Below are positions 15,323 through 28,690 of a stretch of DNA of 64,000 bases, piece by piece. The position numbers and the translations under genes were made by a program. This DNA comes from the human T2T-CHM13v2.0 reference genome, Homo sapiens: NCBI RefSeq assembly GCF_009914755.1, contig NC_060925.1; one strand, 5' to 3'. Numbering within the stretch: the stretch's first letter is position 1; the number at the start of each line of letters is the position of its first letter. The notes under the pieces were generated by a model that was not told where the DNA came from, searched no databases, and worked only from the letters and a program-made list of their open reading frames with translations.

Positions 15323-16634
15323 TCAAAAGCAAGAACAAGGAACAATAAAAAATCAATTTGAAAAAGGATCCATTGTAAATTCTAGAAATAAAACCACGTA
15401 GTTGTTGAGATTTATAAAACAAAAACAACTACAAACCCAAAAGGCTGAGTTAAGCAACAGACATAACAGAACAGAAGATTTAGTGAAATGAAGTGTAGTT
15501 CTAAAGAACTGACCCAGAATGCAGGAGAAAGTCAACAAGATGGAAAATATGAAAGAAAAGCTGAAAGACATGGAGGACAGTGGGAAAAATGGAGCAGATA
15601 TGCAGTGGAAAATGGAAAAGGAGAGAAAAGGGATATTGTGGGAGATACACCATCCAGGAAGATAACGGGTACAATTTTCCAACATTAATATATGTTATCA
15701 GTGCTCAGCTTCAGGAATCACAACAAATCCACAGCAGAATAAATACAAATAATTTCACAGCTAAACAACTCATGATAACAATTCAGAATACCCAAGACAA
15801 AGAGAACATAGCTCAAGGAGAAAAGATTGTTCACCCAACAGAGGAGCGGCAGTTAGGCTGACTGTACTTTTCTCTGAAGCCACGTCTGAACAGCAGCAAG
15901 GGGAGTCAGAAGGCATGAGAGCTAAATCTTCAAGATATTGAGAGAAAATAACAGCTCAGACTCATTTAACCAATTAAATGATCACTGAAGGATGAGCGCT
16001 AAATAAAGTAATTTTCACATAGACAAGAGATAAGAGTTTAATGCTGATAGATTATTTTCAAGCAGGGCTCCCCAAACTTGTCTGATCACAAGCAAGGTCT
16101 CAAATGCGTGTGGGATTCAGAGGTCTTACCCTACAAGATTCCCGGGTTTCACTGTTTGGGGCTTGTTATGGACTGACTTTGTGGTTTGAAGCCCTAACCC
16201 CTAATGTGACTATTTGGGGATAGGGCCTGTGAGGAGGTTTAAAATCAGCTCAATGGGCAGGGCTGGTGGGGGGCATAATCTGGTAAGTCTGGTGCCCTCA
16301 TAAGAGGGGGAAGAAATGACAGAGCTCACTGTCTCTTTCCACCACATGAGGACACAGCAAGAAGGTGGCCATTTGGTAGACCAGCTTATTGAAGTGGGAA
16401 AACATTTTTAAACAATAAAATAATGAAAAAAAAAAAAGCATGGGCCTTGTGGGAAGAAAGCATGAACCAAAAATAAACTAAATTTTCCAGGTGACTGATG
16501 GACCCTCCCTTCAGGCAAGGGCATTCCAAAGTTAACCTGAAAAACGAGTTCAGGCCATGATGGGAAGTGGGGGTTGGACATGCCCCATTATACCCTCTTC
16601 CCATTGGAATTCAGGCACAGCTGACCAGCATTCA

Positions 16635-16994
<360 letters not shown>

Positions 16995-17209
16995 CTACAA
17001 TCTATTTTCTCCAAAGCCTGCTACCTGGAGGCTTCACCTATATAATAAGGACCTTGGTCTCCACAACCCCTTATTTTAACCCAGACATTCCCTTCTATTG
17101 GTTCCAAGTCTTTAGATAAACTCTTCCAGCCAACTGCTATCAGAAAACCTTTGAATCTACCTGTGATGTGGAAGCCCCTACTTGGAGTTGTCCCACCTTT
17201 CTGGACTGA

Positions 17210-17508
<299 letters not shown>

Positions 17509-17903
17509 CATATCTTACATGTATTGATTGATGTCTTATGTTTCCCGAAAATGTGTAAATCCAGACTGCAGCCTAACCACCTAGGGCACACGTCCTCAGG
17601 ACCTCCTGGGGCTGTGTCACGGGCCATTGGTCACTCGTATTTGGCTCCGAATAAATCTCTGCAAATGTTTTACAGAGTTTGACTCTTGTCATTGACAAGA
17701 GGGTCTGATTCAGTTGGCATCTAGATCTTGGACTTCACAGCCTCCAGAACTAGGAGGAGAAAATATGTTTCTGTTTTTAAGCCACCTGAGCATTTTGTGA
17801 CTGTAGCCCAGGCAAACTGAGGGAGGGCCCAATGTCTGGATTTGTAACAATTTCCCCAGGTGATTCCAATTATCAAGCAAATTTGGTCAACACTGTTTTA
17901 AAC

Positions 17904-18065
17904 CAGTGCTTCCCTAACATGAATGTGCAGATGAATCACCTGGGGGTCTTGCTGAAATACCAACACCGGTCCTGCGGCCTTGGTTGGACCTTGAGTTTCT
18001 GAATTTCTAACAGGCTCCCAGGCAATGGCTGACACCACTGGTCTGTGGGCCACACTTTGAGTAGG
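17904..18065. mobile_element. MER5-like hAT DNA transposon
   Basis: GAATCACCTGGGGGTCTTGCTGAAA...TTTCTAACAGGCTCCCAGG...GGGCCACACTTTGAGTAG. Confidence 0.7.
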
Positions 18066-18250
18066 AGACTCTGAAGTATGTATTTCAGAAAAAAGAAAAA
18101 TTATTTAATAAGAACTGCCCAAGATGTAAGAAGAAAGATGCATAATGGAATTCATGAGGATAGGGGAAGATCTGAGTTAACATTGACCATATTAAATAGT
18201 AATGTTGCTGATCTGTGGTAGGTAAAAAGTAAGATAGAAACCAAATTCTT

Positions 18251-18890
<640 letters not shown>

Positions 18891-20390
18891 CTAAATGCTT
18901 GTATTGTTTGGAAGAAATAATAGAGATATTGATTACTTTAATATTTAAGTTAAATAAGCATAAAAATTTAAGGTAGAGAAGTTCTGCTTTTTGCCGAGGA
19001 CATCAAAAGCTGCAATTGAATATCATTTCCTTCCGTACAAGAAAAAGCCAAAGAAACTACAAAAAGCACAACTTTTTGGAGCCCATCCAAGACCTGAGGT
19101 CAAAGACAATCAGGTAAACAATTTCCGAGTGATAAGGCCCTCCAAGGAAAGGCCGGATATGTAAATTATTTCACTTTGGTCAAGACCTGAGAGTAAGAGA
19201 TGTTCCAAGTGGGTCAGAAGAAATCAGCTAAAATTTTTCACACATTCTTACAGGCCCAGTGTGGGCTGCTACATGAGTTTGGAGTAGCCGGGAGCCCCCA
19301 TCACGAAGAGGTTTTCAATCACTCCATGTTCTGTCCACGGCCTTTCCCAGATGCCGATGAGAAAGGCTGGGGCAGGTCTCAGAAGGCTGGAGAGAGCCTC
19401 CCTTGGTGGCCCAGGGATGGAGGCAGGGACCTGCTTTGGCTGAGACATGAAACTATACTCGTCTGGCAGGCAGCAAAAGCTTTAAACCACTGAGGCAGGT
19501 GTAACCCCTCTCACGCCCAGGAACCAGGCAAATCCCCTGTTCTGTAGGAGGGTCAGGAGTAAAAATCCCCGGCCCATGGAAGGGCAGGAGATCCTTGTGG
19601 GCCCAGAATCCTAGACTGACATCAAGCAGTCTCCTGCCTCTAGAGGAGGGGTGGGCAACTCAGGCACAGGGCGAAGCTTGGTTGACATGGGGATGTGGTA
19701 GGGATGCCAAGAGGTGCATCCCCAGCCCCAGGTATACTAGGCCTGCCTAAGCCTGAGACTGGGCCACGACACCAGAGAGCCCCCACCTCCAGCCCGAGCC
19801 TAGTACTGACCAGCAACAGCAACTCACCACTCACAGAAGGACCAGGGCTTGGGGAGGATGCCCTCTGTGTCATAGGCATCCAGACTGCTGAAGGCCAAGG
19901 CTGGAGCAGGCAAGAGGAGAGAACCGTCTGGTCCCCGGGCTGACTTCTCTAAGTGCAGGGAACAGGAGCTCATTGCTGGAGAAACGTGAGTCTGAGGTGC
20001 ACTGTGGGTAACAACAGCAGTAGAACCCCCAGCCAGCTAACTCCTAACCAGAGGAATTCAATCCCTCACACTCACGCACTGATGGAAGAGGAGGTGTACC
20101 TGATTCTGTATATTAGGAAACCGTCCTGCATATACCATTTCAAAAAGACTCATATACCAAATGGTGCAATGTATTATTATGTAAAAATTTAAACACTATT
20201 CATGAGGCTCCTGATTTTATGTTTTGACAAATATTGGAGTCTGCAAAGAAGTATCTCAGACCCTCCCACAGCAGTGTATTGTGATGATGTTGCCAATAAT
20301 ACAGAATATTACTAATGACAGCAATAGCTCTTACGTTCTTAACAGTGTGTTCCAGGCCCAGTGCAAATGCTATTGATCTCAGTCTCTACT

Positions 20391-20916
20391 TGTATCGTCC
20401 ATTATCACACTGCTAGAAAGAACTACCTGAAACTGGGTAATTTATGAAGAGAAGAGGTTTCATTGACTCCCAGTTCCTCAGGCTGTACAGGAAGCGTGGC
20501 TAGGACGCCTGAGGAAGCTTACAATCATGGCAGAAGGCAAAGGGGACGCAAGCACGTCTCACCATGGTGGAGCAGGGGAGAGAGAGAGCGCGAAGGGGGA
20601 GGAGCTGCACACTTTCAAACAACCAGATCTCGTGAGAACTCACTCACTATCACGAGAACTGCAAGAGGGAAATCCACTCCCATGATCCAATCACATCCCA
20701 CCAGGCCTCTCCCCTGACACATGAGGATTACAATTTGACATGAGATTGGGTGGGGACGCAGAGCCAAACTATATCATTCTGCCCCCAGCCCCTCCCAAAT
20801 CTCATGTCCTTCTCACATTTTGAAACCAATCATGCCTTCCCAACAGTCCCCCAAAGTCTGAACTCATTCCGGCATTAACTCAAAATTCCGAGTCCAAAGT
20901 TTCATCTGAGACAAGG
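20391..20916 (-). mobile_element. MaLR LTR (MSTA/THE1D-like, 20391-20777) plus adjoining internal fragment
   Basis: CTGGGTAATTTATGAAGAGAAGAGGTTT...CAGAGCCAAACTATATCA, then TTCTGCCCC...TCATCTGAGACAAGG. Confidence 0.88.
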
Positions 20917-21940
20917 TGTCTCGGGCCTAGTGGGCCTGTTTGGATTCTGGAGGCAGCACACTCCTCATCTGGGCGAGTTACTTCAGCCCATTTATCAAGT
21001 GATCCAAAAGGCTGCCAGTGTCGAGCGGGGTCCAGAACAGGAGCAGGCTCTGCAACAGGTCCAGGCTGCTGGGCAAGCTGCTCTGCCACTTGGGCTGTAT
21101 GACCCAGCAGATCCAACGGTGCCTGGAGTGTCAGTGGCAGATAGATAGGGATGCTGTTTGGAGCCTTTGGCAGGCCCCTGTGGGTGAATCACAGCGGAGC
21201 CCTCTAGGATTTTGGAGCGGGGCCCTGCTATCTTCTGCAGTTAACTGCTCTCCTTTTGAGACAGCTCTTGGCCCGTTACTGGGCTTTGGTGGAAAGTGAA
21301 CGTTTGACTACGGATCACCAAGTCACCATGCGACCTGAACTTCCTATCATGAACTGGGTGCTTTCTGACCCATCTAGCCATAAAGTGGGTCATGCACAGT
21401 GGCATTCCATCATCAAATGGAAGTGGTATATACAAGATCGGGCTCAAGCAAGTCCTGAAGGCACAAGTAAGTTACATGAGGAAGTGGCTCAAATGCCCAT
21501 GGTCTTCACTCCTCCCACCCTGCCTTCTCTCCTCCAGCCTGCACCGATAGCCTCATGGGGAGTTCCCTATGACCAGTGGACAGAGGAAGAAGAGAAGACT
21601 AGGGCCTGATTCACAGATGGTTCTGCATGATATGAAGGCACCACCCACAAGTGGACAGCTGCAGCACTATAGCCCCTTTCCAGGACATCCATGAAGGACA
21701 GCGGTGAAGGGAAATCTTCCCAGTGGGCAGAACTTCAAGCAGTGTACCTTGTTGTGCACTTTGCTTGGAAGGAGAAGAGGCCAGATGTGCGATGCGATTA
21801 TGTACCGATTCATGGGCTGTAGCCAATGGTTTGGCTGGATGGTCAGGGACTTGGAAGAAGTATGATTGGAAAATTGGTGACAAAGAAATTTGGGGAAGAG
21901 GTATGTGGATTGAGCTTTCTGAGTGGTCAAAAACTGTGAG
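20917..21940 (+). mobile_element. ERVL (HERV-L-like) pol fragment, RT connection to RNase H, disrupted
   Basis: Peptides GLFGFWRQH..HLG.LL.PIY, RPELPIMNWVLSDPSSHKVGHAQ..SIIKWKWYI, FTDGS, GKSSQWAEL, TDSWAVANGLAGWSGTWK, split by frameshifts and stops. Confidence 0.92.
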
Positions 21941-22044
21941 CCTGGGTGCTAGCCACAATCTGATAATGCCTCCTCATGATCTAAACTGTACGATAAAGAG
22001 AGAAGGGTTCACAGACCAGGTTTATACACGAGGGGCACTCCAGT

Positions 22045-22265
22045 CTTGGGGTTGGACTTCTGTAAAAAGCCAGATGTAAATATTTGAGGCTTTGTGGGCC
22101 ACATACATGCTTCATCTCACCTGTTCAACTTTGCTGTCCTAGCAGGAAAGTAGCCATAGATGATACATAAATGAATGGGTCTGGCTGTGTTCCAATAAAA
22201 CTTTATATACAAAAAGAAGCAAGGGGCCAGATTTGGCCTATGGGCCATAGTTTGCCAACCCCTGT
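22045..22265. mobile_element. MER58-like DNA transposon
   Basis: GGCTGTGTTCCAATAAAACTTTAT...GGGCCAGATTTGGCC...GGGCCATAGTTTGCCAACCCCTG. Confidence 0.8.
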
Positions 22266-22479
22266 ACTAGAAAATGAATACAGTTGTTTTGGAGGAGTAG
22301 AATTCTAGGATGGACATGAGACTGTATTTCTCACTGTCATTTTTGTAAAAACATTTGATTTTATAAAAGAAAGTTTATAACTTTAAAAATAATTAAAACA
22401 AAAAAATCTAAGATAACTGTCGAAAAGATAGAAATACAAAACTTCCAAGTTAGTTGAGGGAAAATAGAGGAAATAATGA

Positions 22480-23420
22480 TAGGTTGATCCAAAACAAGGC
22501 AAGAAAAGAGAAAAAAACGCATGAGACACACAAAACAACACAATAGGAAACACATACATTTTAGTTGTCCTGGTAATTATAAACCAACAAAATCCTCCAA
22601 TTAAAAGATAGACAAACCCCCAATCCAGCCATACACGATTGAAAGAGACACATCTAAAGCTAAGGAGATGAAAAGTTTCAAAGAAAAAGAATGGAAAAAA
22701 TAGACACAGCAAATGCTGAGTAGCTAGTACTCATGTCAGGCTCAACAGGATTTAAGGCAAAAAGCCTTGTTAAGTCAGAAACGGTGACTACACAGTTTCA
22801 CGAAGTGAAAGATATATTAACTTCATATGTGTATCTTACTACAATATTAAATTTATGAAACTAATTTTATAATTCATACCTAAATTTGCGTTCACATAGT
22901 AATATCGCCTTAAATAGGTAAATTAGGTAAGATTTGATGTAACTACAAGAATGGGTGATTCTTTAGTGCAAGATTTTAGCATACACACTTCAGTACATGA
23001 TTTTAAGAAATCATTTTCTTGATCTTTCCAAATCTTTCATTCTTTTGAGATCAAGAGAATGGAAAAAGAGCCAATATGTAGAAGACTTGATTGATCTAGT
23101 GGATGTAGATAGACACCATCACTCAGCATTTGGTGATTGAGCCTATTCCGCAGCACACAGGGCTTATTTATAAAATCGATCAAGTGTTAGCCCCAAAGCA
23201 AGCCCAGCAAATATCAAAGAAAGAACCACATAAATAATGGCATAAACCATGGTTTCTGACAACACAGTTAAGTTAGAAATCAATAATTTTAAAAAAGTAA
23301 CTAAAAACTCATGTCTGGAAATTAAAAAAATTTCTAAATGACTTATAAGTCAATGAAAAAGTCATAATGGAAATGAGAAAATACACAGAAATAAATGATA
23401 ATAACTGCTTAGAAAACCTT
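22480..23420 (+). mobile_element. Degenerate L1 ORF2 (endonuclease-region) fragment
   Basis: A-rich, with remnants such as AAGAGACACATCTAAAG and TTTCTGACAACACAGTTAAGTTAGAAATCAATAA. Confidence 0.6.
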
Positions 23421-24049
23421 CCACAAACAATCCTGGACTGAGGCCAAGGTCAGCTGTGGGGTCATTCCTGGTGGGGGGTCTTGACGGGGAACAGAGGGCT
23501 CTGCCGCCCTGGAGGGAGGGGGTCCAGGGCCCGTTTCCACACTGGAGTGGGTGGAGGCAGGCTTTGCTGAGATCCATGGCACCGTGGGGCACTCCCGAGG
23601 CACCTGGCTGGGCAGGGAGGGTCTCTCTGGGATGGGTGGGCTCAGGCCCTTTGGCACGACCCAGAAGAAGAGAGGCCTCCTCCTACCCCACAGCTGGGGG
23701 TGTGTGTGGGGTCAGCCTTGTTTTATGAAAGCCTGGAAAGCAGGTGTTTTGAGCCCAGCAGGCTCTGAACAGAGCTTCCCTTGGGCTCTGGGTTCCTCAG
23801 GGTGAGTGAGCCTTTCCCTCCCCCACTGCCCACCGCCCATGGAGGTCGCAGGACCCCTCTGTCCCAGGGGAGACCCTAGAGGGCCAGGGGCTGCGGTCTG
23901 GGCAGCAGCCACACTGTACAGTGGCCAGCCATGCAGCCCCGGGCCGGGACGCCCTGCACATCCACAGGCAGCACCCACTTCTGCTTCACAGACACAGCCT
24001 CCCGCAGGGGTGGAGGGATGGTCCCAGGCAGTGCGCAGGGCTCCAGACA

Positions 24050-25280
24050 TGAGGGGGCATTCTAGTAACACAGGCTGAGGCGCCCCATTGTTGGACCTGG
24101 GGTGCGAGGTCCGCCATGAGCTCTGAGTCCGGTGCCTGCCACGGTGGGAGCGCCCTACGCACCTGCCCCGGGGGTGAGCATTGCTCCCCGATGTGTGCGC
24201 GCTGCCCGGTCTCAGAGGGACCAGGGCTGTGCCTGCGGAGGGGCTGGCAGGGGCGGCTGGAAGGTGACCAGGTCTACGGGTGCCTGGGAGCCCCTGAACC
24301 AAGAGGGGAGATCAAGGGAGGGGCCGGCGTGGGGGCGGGGGGAGTGTTCCCGGGACAGCCGGGGGCGGGGGGAGTGTTCCCGGGACAGCCCGAGGTTCCA
24401 GCGAGCAGCCCTGGCCACGCCTTTGTCTCCGTGGGACCCCAGACTGGCCCCTTCCCGCCGTGGTCCCGTGACCTGACCCGGCCTTGAGCGGGGCGGGGGC
24501 GGCAGGACCCTCAGGTCTCTCCGCAGGATGGCAGCGGGGGAGTGAGGCAGCCAGGTGAGCCCGGGCGGCGGGAGGGACACGGACGCCGGTGGTCCCCAGC
24601 CGGGGCTGCGCGGCCAGGCAGGGAGGGGGTGGGCGGAGGGGCGGGCGACGGGTCTGCGCCCCCCACCCTCCGGGAGTCCGGCGGAGGCGGAGGCGGAGGC
24701 GGAGGCGGGCGGGTGCGGAGCTGCAGAAGCAGCGCGCGGGAGTCGGGGCCGGGGCAGAGCTTTCTGGAAGGGACCGCGGGCTCCCTGCAGGTCAGTGCCC
24801 CTCCCGCCGCCTCTGAGTCCGCAGCTCGGCCCCGGGAGCCCCTGGGTGCCCAGTGCAGACCCACCTGCCCCATCTGACGGGCGGGCTCGGGCTGGGGGCA
24901 GGCGGACCCTGCAGCAGGTGCAGCGGGGCGAGCGCGGAGAGCGGGCGCGGGGACAGGCGGGGGCGGGGCACCCGCACTCACCTCTGCGGTCGGCGTAGAG
25001 GACACCCAAGGCCACCAGGGCAGCGGTCACCAGCAGCAGCAGCAGCAGCAGCCCCCCCTCCAGGAACCCCGGGCGCTTCTGCCCTGCACGGCCAGCGCTC
25101 TCCACCATCCCCACGGGGCCTTCGGACTTCCCCATCAGCAGGGCTCTGGACGGGAGAGCACCGCGGAGGAACCTGCAGGCCCAGGGCAGGGGAGAGGGGA
25201 GAGGGGCGTGGAGCTCCCCGAGCCCGGCCCGAGGCTGGAAGGGCCGGATGCTGGCTGGGAGCGGGCGCTGGGTGCCTTTG
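24050..25280. promoter_or_regulatory. CpG island over the MMEL1 first coding exon and start of intron 2
   Basis: Very GC-rich and CpG-dense, with several GGGGCGGGG boxes and (GGCGGA)4 at 24680-24708. Confidence 0.85.
24982..25135 (-). CDS. MMEL1: MMEL1 first coding exon (exon 2, coding part): cytoplasmic tail and signal-anchor
   Basis: Translates MGKSEGPVGMVESAGRAGQKRPGFLEGGLLLLLLLVTAALVALGVLYADRR-G. 154 coding nt, donor G|GTGAGT at 24981. Acceptor CTGCAG| puts the exon start at 25172 (37 nt of 5'UTR). Confidence 0.95.
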
Positions 25281-25909
25281 GAACACTCTTCCCGTCTCCC
25301 TCTCCAAGCTCACAACCCTGGGTGACTGGGTCCCGGGACTTTCCACACTACCCCTGGGCCGGAATCTCTGAGTGCATGGAGGTTCTAGGACTGGGATGCT
25401 CCCAGCTTGGGGTCGCAAGCTGGACCCAGGAGGCTCAGCTCCTGTGCTGTCAAGGGACTCCTGTAGTGGAGCCCCCCTGGGCTGCTCATGCTGGGTGTCT
25501 TGGAGCTGTGGGCCTGAGCGCTAGGTCAGGGACGCTGTCGGGGAGGCCACTTGGGCTTCTGGGCTCCCAGCCCACCTTTCCTGTTGAAGCCCAGAAGCCA
25601 GTGATGGGCGACACCAGAACAGTAGGTACCCACACAGGCGGTGACTACGTGGGCCAGGAAGGGATCTGCAGGGCCAGGCAGGCTTGAGTCTCAACCCTGG
25701 CAGCCACCTGGCTGGTGTGCAGCTCTGGTCGTCCCCTGACCCTGTTACTATGGAGGGGACACCTTCTGGAGCCAGCAGGGCAGTGGGCAGCACTTGAAGA
25801 CACACACGGCTGGGCACAGGCTGCTGCTGTAGGCAGGACAGGGAGCTGGGCAGGAAGGGTTGGGGCACAGGACACTGGACTCAGGAGGCTCCCAAGTCTG
25901 CGTGCTCCA

Positions 25910-26775
25910 GTGTGCGTGTATGTGTGGGAGTGTGAACCTGAGTGTACACATGTGTGCAAATGAGTGTGTGCATGTAGTTGGGCGTGTGCATGTGTATGAC
26001 TGTGCGTGTGTGCATATGTTCTGATGTATGATCGTGTACACACACGTGTGCACATGTTCTGGTGTGTGCATGTGCATGACTGCATGAGCGTGAACGTGTG
26101 TGTGCGCTCTGGTGTGTGCATGTGTGTGTGTGCACGTGTGTGCGTGTGCTCTCGTGTGTGCGTGTGCATGATTGCGTGGATATGCACTGTCTACGCTCAT
26201 GTGTGCATGTGTGTGACTGTGAGTGAGTGTGCACGTGTGTGTCCTCGTGTGTGCATGTGTGTGACTGCACGTGTGTGCCTGTGCTCGCGTGTGTGCGTGT
26301 GCATGATTATGTGTGCGGATATGCACGTGTGTGCGTGTACACTCGTGTGTGCACGTGTGTGACTGTGTGATTGTGCATGTGTGCGTGTGCTCTCATGTGT
26401 GCATGTGCATTATGTGGATATGCACGTGTGCCTGAGTGTGCACGTGTGTCCTCTCGTGTGTGCGTGTGCATGATTATGTGCGTGGATATGCACCTGTGTG
26501 CGTGTACTCTCGTGTGTGCATGTGTGTGACTGTGCATTGTGTGCGTGTGCTCTTGTGTGTGCATGTGCATGATTGTGTGCGTGGATATGCACGTGTGTGC
26601 GTGTACGCTCGTGTGTGCACGTGTGTGACTGTGATTGTGCACCTGTGCGTGTGCGCTCATGTGCATGTGCATGATTGTGTGTGTGGGTGTGCACGTGTGT
26701 GCGTGTGCTCTGGTGTGTGGCTGTGCATGTCTGTGTGTGTGTGCACATATGTGAGCACATGCATGGATGTGCACA
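25910..26775. repeat. Complex (TG/CG/CA)n tract in MMEL1 intron 1
   Basis: Degenerate GTGTGCAC/GTGCATGA runs with a recurring longer motif (GTGCATGATT...GGATATGCAC). Confidence 0.92.
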
Positions 26776-28511
26776 TCCCTCGCTGGCACTCGGAGCCCTG
26801 CTGGGAAGTTGCCCGGTCCTAGGGAAGCGGCTGGGTGCTTTGGCCTTCCAGCACTTTCAGTCGTCACACGCAATCACACACCTGCTGTGCTGAGCCCCAG
26901 CTTAGCCCTGTACCAGGCAGGGCGGATAATGTGGGAGCAGCGAAAGGAAGCCAGGCCCAGTCCTGCCTGTGGGTGGGTCAGGGACTGGCTGCTGAGACTG
27001 CCAGCACCTGGGCTAAATGTGCTTCCGCCCCCCTGTACCCCACCGCCCCCCTGCTGTGGACTTTGCCTGAGTTCTGTCCCTGACTCCCTGGGAGATCCTA
27101 GATGTCCCTTAGCCTGTCTGGGCAACACCCTGCAAAGGTGGCTGGGCCAGCTCATTTCAGCGACTCCTCCAGAGATCCCTGACCTCTGGCTGTGTGAGGA
27201 GCGGGGACGGGGACCTGGACCTCACTCCTCTCCTCCAGGTCCCTCGCTCCTCCCTTCCTGTCCCCTCAGCCACCTCTCTCAGTCCCTGGCTCTGTGAACC
27301 GCAGCGTTCATGCATCCACACACCCTCAGATGCTTCCTTTGACGCCCTCTGCTGTGCCCCTAGACACCCCTATCCCGCCACTGGCTGAAGCTGGACTTTG
27401 GAGCCATCTGCCTCCCTTGCCTGCGTCCACACCCCGCGCCAGTCCTCAGCCTCCAATCCCATCTCAGTCGGACCCTTTCTCATTCCTGCCACTCGCTGCC
27501 TGTTCCAGGCCCCACCAATCACCTCCCCCTGAGGGGTCTGTCTCACCCACTGATCCCCACCACAGGGGCCCAGGGGCCTGTAACTAGAATCAGAGGCCGT
27601 CACTCCCTGGCCCCTGGTAGCCAAACCCTTGGAGGAAGAGCCGGGCCTTGCCCTGATGTCAGGACCCTCTTTGGCCCTCCTCCCCTCTCACTATGCCCTC
27701 CCCTTACCCTCAGGCAGGCCCACCAGGTTTCTCCCCCCACCCTCCCCACCCACCCAGGCAGGCCTCCCAGATTCCTGCCAAGCTCCCCTTCCCAGTGGGG
27801 CCTTCCTTGGCTCGGCCTCGGGTTCAACTCGGGGAGCCCCAGCCCCTCCCCTGCTCTGTGTCTCTCCAGGGACTCCCAGCTCCACCTCCACATCTCCTCG
27901 ATACTTCTGCAGCCCCCTGGGAACGTCAGCTCCACGGGCAGGGGCACCCTCTGTGGGGGCCGCTTCACCTAGACTGGCACCCCCACCCCAGAGACCTCGG
28001 TCATTATCTGTTGGGTGAATGAATGAATGAATGATGAATGAATGGATCAATCATTTGGACAAGTCTGAGCTCAGCTTCCACGAACTTCTTTCTTTGGTCA
28101 GAATTAATGAATCTGCTCCTGCGTCCTGAATTCATTCTGTCCTGCAGGTATCCACAGACGGCTCCATGTGCCCCACGGCACACACAAAATAAACACCTTC
28201 AAATTGAGCCAAGTACCCGGGGCAGGTGTGGAGTGTCTGCTGAGGCGAAGGCACTGCGGCTCCCTGGGGACACTCGTGGCCTCTCCAGGTTACTACAGAT
28301 GGGGGACAGCGGGTCCTTTGGGTAAGATAAACCGTATGCCAGAGGGGGCTGCCTGCCCTGGCACAGGCGAGACTGCACACAGGACGCCCCGCCCAGCCTC
28401 CTGAGAAAGGGGCTGAGCGCCTGGAGAGGGTTTCAAGGCCCAGGAGAGGGCCTGGAGAGGGTTTCAAGGCCCAGGAAAGCAGGCCGGGTACCTTCCTTCA
28501 GCACAACTCAC

Positions 28512-28690
28512 CTTTGCTCACTCAGGAGTGGCTGCCGCCCACAGTCAGGCCCCTGGAGACTGGGTCCCAGTGGGTTGGAGTTGGGGTGAGCTGGGCCAAG
28601 TGGGTGGATTTCCAGGGACTGGGATGGGAGAGCAGTGGCTTGGGGCTGAGTTGAGGCTGCCTGAAGGCTTCCGGGCCTCCTTTGTGATGC
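28512..28690 (-). other. MMEL1: Probable non-coding exon 1 of MMEL1 (5' end approximate)
   Basis: Consensus donor AAG|GTGAGT at 28511, 3.3 kb upstream of the exon 2 acceptor. No ATG within the interval; GC box upstream at ~28832. The TSS cannot be determined from sequence. Confidence 0.7.

Noticed and set aside
20917-21940. Functional or domesticated ERVL pol
   Set aside because: Several frameshifts and in-frame stops (e.g. just before FTDGS); fragment only.
24212-24981. 307-aa ORF continuing from the MMEL1 start codon
   Set aside because: Only the first 154 nt are exonic; the rest is read-through past a consensus donor into GC-rich intron.
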